A stretch of DNA of 64,000 nucleotides from an uncultured Acidobacteriota bacterium (lineage in GTDB: Bacteria > Acidobacteriota > Thermoanaerobaculia > UBA5066 > Gp7-AA6). Position 1 is the stretch's first letter; the number at the start of each line of letters is the position of its first letter. The stretch lies in assembly GCA_963810205.1 (NCBI GenBank), contig CAWEMP010000013.1, positions 14,573 to 78,572 on the forward strand, written 5' to 3'. A program made the translations under genes and the position numbers. The notes below the pieces were generated by a model. That model saw only the letters and a program-made list of their open reading frames with translations, did not search any database and was not told the origin of the DNA. Shown here piece by piece: positions 59,662 through 64,000 of this stretch.

Positions 59662-62322
59662 CCGACAAGAAAGCCCCGCTCGATCCCGAGCGCCTGCGCC
59701 TCGACGAGGACGTCAAGCGCGTGAAGAACTGGAAGCGCTGGGGGCCCTACCTTTCCGAGCGCCAGTGGGGGACCGTGCGCGAGGACTACAGCCCGCACGG
59801 CACCGCCTGGGACTCGTTCCCGCACGAGCACGCGCGCTCCCGGACCTACCGCTGGGGCGAGGACGGCCTCATGGGGATCTCCGACCGCCACCAGTACGTC
59901 TGCTTCGCGATCGCGCTCTGGAACGGGAAGGACCCGATCCTCAAGGAGCGGCTCTTCGGCCTGACGGGCCCCCAGGGCAACCACGGCGAGGACGTCAAGG
60001 AGTGCTACTACTACCTCGACTCGACGCCGACGCACTCCTACATGAAGGCGCTGTACAAGTACCCGCAGCGCGAGTTCCCCTACCAGCGGCTCCTCGACGA
60101 GAACCGCAACCGTTCGCGCCGCGACCCGGAGTTCGAGCTCCTCGACACGGGCCTCTTCGACGACGATCGCTACTTCGACGTCTTCACCGAGTACGCCAAG
60201 GCCTCGCCCGACGACATCCTGATCCGCGTCCGCGTTTTCAACCGCGGGCCCGAGGCGGCCACGGTCCACGTGCTCCCGACGATCTGGTTCCGCAACACCT
60301 GGTCCTGGGGCCTCGGCACGCGCCGCCAGCGCCTGCGCGCCGGCGAAGCGCATTCGGGCTTCGCCACGATCGACGTCGACAGCGAGTACTACGGCCGTCT
60401 CGCCCTCCAGTGCGAGGGAACGCCGGAGCTGCTCTTCACCGAGAACGAGTCGAACTCGAGACGACTCTGGAATGCCGACAACGACTCGCGCGCACGTCAA
60501 GGACGGCATCCACGACTACGTCGTCCACGGCGTGAAGGATGCCGTCAACGCGGACTGCGTGGGCTCCAAGGGCTCGGCCCGCTACGTCCTGACGATCCCG
60601 GGCGGGGAGTCGGCGGTCGTGCGCCTGCGACTCTCCCGCGACGCGGCTCCCGACCGGCCCTTCGGCCCGGAGTTCGACGCGCTCTTCGATGATCGCGTGC
60701 GGGAGGCCAACACCTTCTACGACGCTCTCGCGACGCCGGATCTCTCCGAGGACGCCCGCGCCGTCCAGCGCCAGGCGTTCGCCGGCATGCTCTGGTCGAA
60801 GCAGTTCTACCACTACGACGTCGCCCGCTGGCTGCGCGGCGACCCGGCCGGGCCGGAGCCCCCGAAGGAGCGCCTCCACGGCCGGAACGCCGACTGGACG
60901 CATCTCTTCAACGCCGACGTGGTCTCGATGCCGGACAAGTGGGAGTACCCCTGGTACGCCGCGTGGGACCTGGCCTTCCACTGCATCCCGCTCGCGCTCG
61001 TCGACCCCGACTTCGCGAAGCAACAGCTCGTGCTGCTGCTGCGCGAGTGGTACATGCACCCCAACGGGCAGCTCCCCGCTTACGAGTGGGCCATGGGCGA
61101 CGTGAACCCGCCCGTGCACGCCTGGTCGGCCTGGCGCGTCTACAAGATCGACAGGAAGCGCACGGGCAAGGGCGACCGCAAGTTCCTCGAGCGCGTGTTT
61201 CACAAGCTGCTTCTCAACTTCACCTGGTGGATCAACCGCAAGGACGCCCAGGGCAAGAATGTCTTCCAGGGCGGGTTCCTGGGGCTCGACAACATCGGCG
61301 TCTTCGACCGCTCGGCTCCGCTGCCGACGGGCGGCAACATCGAACAGTCCGACGCCACGAGCTGGATGGGCATGTACTGCCTCAACATGCTCGTGATCGC
61401 CCTCGAGCTCGCGAAGGAGGACTCCGCTTACGAGGACGTCGCGTCCAAGTTCTTCGAGCACTTCGTCTACATCTGCCGGGCGATGAACAACATCGGCGGC
61501 GCGGGCATCGAGCTCTGGAACCGCGAGGACGGCTTCTTCTACGACGTGCTCGATCTTCCCGACGGCCGCAAGTTCCCGATGAAGGTCCGGTCGATGGTGG
61601 GCCTGATCCCGCTCTTCGCCGTCGAGACGCTCTCCTCCGAGACGATTGACCGGCTGCCGGGCTTCAAGCGCCGCATGCAGTGGTTCCTGGAGAACCGGCC
61701 GGACTTCGCGCAGCACGTCGAGACGGAGACGACGCCGAACGGACAGGTCCGCCGCTTCTTCTCGCTCGTCAACCGGCAACGCCTGAAGCAGATCTGCCGG
61801 TACCTCCTCGACGAGAGCGAGTTCCTGGCGCCCCACGGCATCCGCTCCGTGTCGCGGTACCACAAGGAGAACCCCTACGTCGTCGACGTGATGGGCATGG
61901 AGCACCGCGTCGACTACGAGCCGGCGGAGGCCTCGACGGGCCTCTTCGGCGGCAACTCCAACTGGCGCGGGCCGGTGTGGTTTCCCGTCAACTACCTGAT
62001 CATCGAGTCGCTCCAGAAGTTCCACTTCTACCTGGGCGACGCCTACAAGGTCGAGCTTCCCTGGGGATCCGGCCAGCTCAGGAGTCTCTGGGAGGTCGCG
62101 GGGGAGCTTTCGCGGAGGTTGAACCGCATCTTCCTGCGCGACGAGGACGGGCGGCGCCCGGTCTTCGGCGGCGCGCACAAGCTGCAGACCGATCCGCACT
62201 TTCAGGATCACGTTCTCTTCCACGAGTACTTCCACGGCGACAACGGCGCCGGCATCGGCGCGAGCCACCAGACGGGCTGGACGGGGCTCGTGGCGAAGCT
62301 CATCCAGCAGAGCGGCCAGTAG
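59658..62322 (+). CDS. GH63-like (processing alpha-glucosidase/MGH-type) glycoside hydrolase; 1 frameshift near 60470
   Basis: ATGA overlap with the upstream gene. The 60472..62322 segment has a conserved six-hairpin glycosidase core (..WDLAFH.., ..GWTG..). Confidence 0.7.
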
Positions 62323-62381
62323 GGCACGAGCGGCCGACGTCGTCGTCGACGACCCGAGCCTCGAGCCGGAGGCGTGACGCT

Positions 62382-63329
62382 TCAGCGATCGAACCAGAGA
62401 ATCTGGTACGACACGCTGTAGATCGTGAAGTCGGCCCCGATGGACGTCGTCGCGCCCCTCGACCAGAAGAGCTTGATCGACTGCCGCCGCCCGAGCGGCA
62501 CGGACCCGGTCAGGCTGACGCGGGCGTTCTTGAACAGGTCCCCGCGGGGTTGGCCGTCGAGGCTCGTCTCGCCGCCCGTGTAGTAGGTGGCGCTGGCCGC
62601 GAGCCACAGGCGCGGCAGAAACGTGTAACTGACGTGGCCCTGGAAGGCCCAGATGGGTTCCTGCGTCCGGACCTGGCCGCCGAAGAAGTCGTCGTTCGTG
62701 GTGAAGAACCAGATGCCGGCGTAGGCTTCGAACGTCCACTTCTCGAGAGGCTGCAACAGCCCGAGCTCGGTCTTGAAAGCCCAGCGATTGCCGCCGATGT
62801 TGATCAGCTTGTCGGGGAGGTACTGTCCGGTCGGTGCCACGGTGACCAGGTTGAAGCCCAGGGTCGTCGACGGCGGGCGGGCCACGAACTCGGCCGGTGG
62901 CAGCGCGGGGGCTCCCAGCAGGTTCACGGTCAGCCGAGACTGCAGGTCGGCGAAGCCCGAGCGGGTGATGCGGCGCGCCTCCTCGTTGACTTCGCCCTCG
63001 ATGGAGCCCCACACGTAGGGCACCGCGAGGCCGGCGCTCGCGGACCGGCCGAAAAGGCTGAACGTGCGAAGGTAAACGAGGGTGCCGGAGTTGATCTTCG
63101 CCGTGACGTTCGAGAAGGGGAGCGAGGCGTCGAAAACGATCCCGCCCGTCTGGTAGCCGTAGTTGGCGATCGCGAAGTTGGCGCCGACGGGGTTGGGCGA
63201 GAAGGCCCGGGGCTCGAGGGACTGCGCGGCGGCGGAGGCCGCTCCAAAGGCCGCGAGAAGCCCCGCGGCCAGAGGCGGCAAGGCTCGGGTCGAGGCGGAC
63301 CGGGTCTTGCGCCAGCGCATGCGAACCAC
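62382..63329 (-). CDS. Outer-membrane beta-barrel, MetA/phenol-degradation-pathway transporter family (intact paralog)
   Basis: Signal peptide, alternating amphipathic strands, C-terminal ...ILWFDR. Confidence 0.8.
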   Translation of the reverse strand: MVRMRWRKTRSASTRALPPLAAGLLAAFGAASAAAQSLEPRAFSPNPVGANFAIANYGYQTGGIVFDASLPFSNVTAKINSGTLVYLRTFSLFGRSASAGLAVPYVWGSIEGEVNEEARRITRSGFADLQSRLTVNLLGAPALPPAEFVARPPSTTLGFNLVTVAPTGQYLPDKLINIGGNRWAFKTELGLLQPLEKWTFEAYAGIWFFTTNDDFFGGQVRTQEPIWAFQGHVSYTFLPRLWLAASATYYTGGETSLDGQPRGDLFKNARVSLTGSVPLGRRQSIKLFWSRGATTSIGADFTIYSVSYQILWFDR

Positions 63330-63457
63330 CGCAAGTTATCAGAGCCCGTTGTGATCCCGCCCCGGGGCGTGATTTCATGCGCCCAACGCTCGGGATCGGC
63401 CCCCGCACGTCGTCCAGGCCTCCCACTGGCCGAACCATCGAGAACCGAGGAGTGTCC

Positions 63458-64000
63458 GATGAAACGAGTCCTCTCGGGAGGCTTGCCGATCGCCGTCCTG
63501 ATGGCCGTCGCGCCTCTGTCCGCGCAGCAGGTCACGGGCGAGCTGGGCTCGCCCAGCGCCACGACATCGATCAACGGCCAGCAGCTCCCGCCGCCGCCCC
63601 CGAAGTTCGGCGGCGTCATCAAAGAGAGCGCCAAGGACTCCAAGCCCTGGTGGCCGCCCCGCGTCGTGCCGCCGAAGGGCGCGCCCAACGTGCTCCTGAT
63701 CATGACGGACGACCAGGGCTACGGCGTCAGCGGCACGTTCGGCGGCGTCATCCCGACGCCGGCGCTCGACCGCGTCGCGAAGGCCGGCCTGCGCTACACG
63801 CATTTCAACTCCACCGCGCTCTGCTCGCCGACGCGGGCCGCGCTGATTACGGGTCGCAACCACCATTCAGTCGGCTTCGGCGTGATCTCGGAGCTGTCGA
63901 CGGGCTATCCGGGGTATGACTCGATCATCGGGGTGGAGAACGCGACCATCGGCCGGATCCTTTCCGACAACGGGTACGCCACGTCGTGGTTCGGCAAGAA
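63458..64000 (+). CDS. Arylsulfatase paralog 3 (5-prime partial; runs off the window)
   Basis: AGGAG RBS. Signal peptide. NVLLIMTDDQGYG and CSPTRAALITGRNHH. Confidence 0.85.

Noticed and set aside
60436-63438. 1000-aa minus-strand ORF
   Set aside because: Antisense to the GH63-like gene. The real minus-strand gene (OM barrel 62382..63329) is in another frame.
1-64000. rRNA, tRNA and CRISPR search
   Set aside because: No cloverleaf-like conserved tRNA motifs, rRNA-like stretches or repeat-spacer arrays were recognised by eye. Untested with tRNAscan/Infernal.

Overview
This 64 kb window is high-GC bacterial chromosomal DNA, densely coding on both strands. No rRNA, tRNA or CRISPR was recognised. 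The gene content (three long arylsulfatases, MetA/phenol-pathway-type outer-membrane barrels, OmpA-like lipoproteins, several sigma-54 activators, an SLH protein, a TonB receptor with a carboxypeptidase-regulatory-like N-domain) suggests a soil Acidobacteriota-like organism, but this is inference.

Most interesting is 52.0-56.5 kb. A signal-peptide precursor with two near-identical 6-Cys modules (12 Cys) sits directly upstream of a DUF692/MNIO enzyme (MbnB-like) and its DUF2063 partner (MbnC-like), followed by a TonB-dependent receptor. This has the architecture of a methanobactin/bufferin-like metallophore RiPP cluster.

A second candidate is 44.6-50.2 kb. A sigma-54 promoter with a candidate upstream activator site drives a small protein whose C-terminus is about 16 tandem KSLRAA hexapeptide repeats. 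The adjacent sigma-54 response regulator and kinase lie upstream. A convergent STAS-GAF-HlyD-M50 peptidase-HlyD operon lies opposite.

Other notable items:
- an orphan DGQHR (DndB/DpdB-like) gene
- a REP-flanked RAYT transposase (56.56-57.66 kb)
- a 27-bp perfect inverted repeat wrapped around the start of an AAA+/aldolase/vWA operon
- a tandem GGGATCC-hairpin repeat element
- a VapBC module
- a sugar ABC operon with an ScfR-like regulator
- acetyl-CoA synthetase
- KefB
- HtpX/LemA

Caveat: at least 18 otherwise recognisable genes carry frameshifts or in-frame stops. This pattern suggests indel-type assembly error rather than biology. Boundaries of those genes are approximate, and their coordinates taken from sequence reading may be off by 1.
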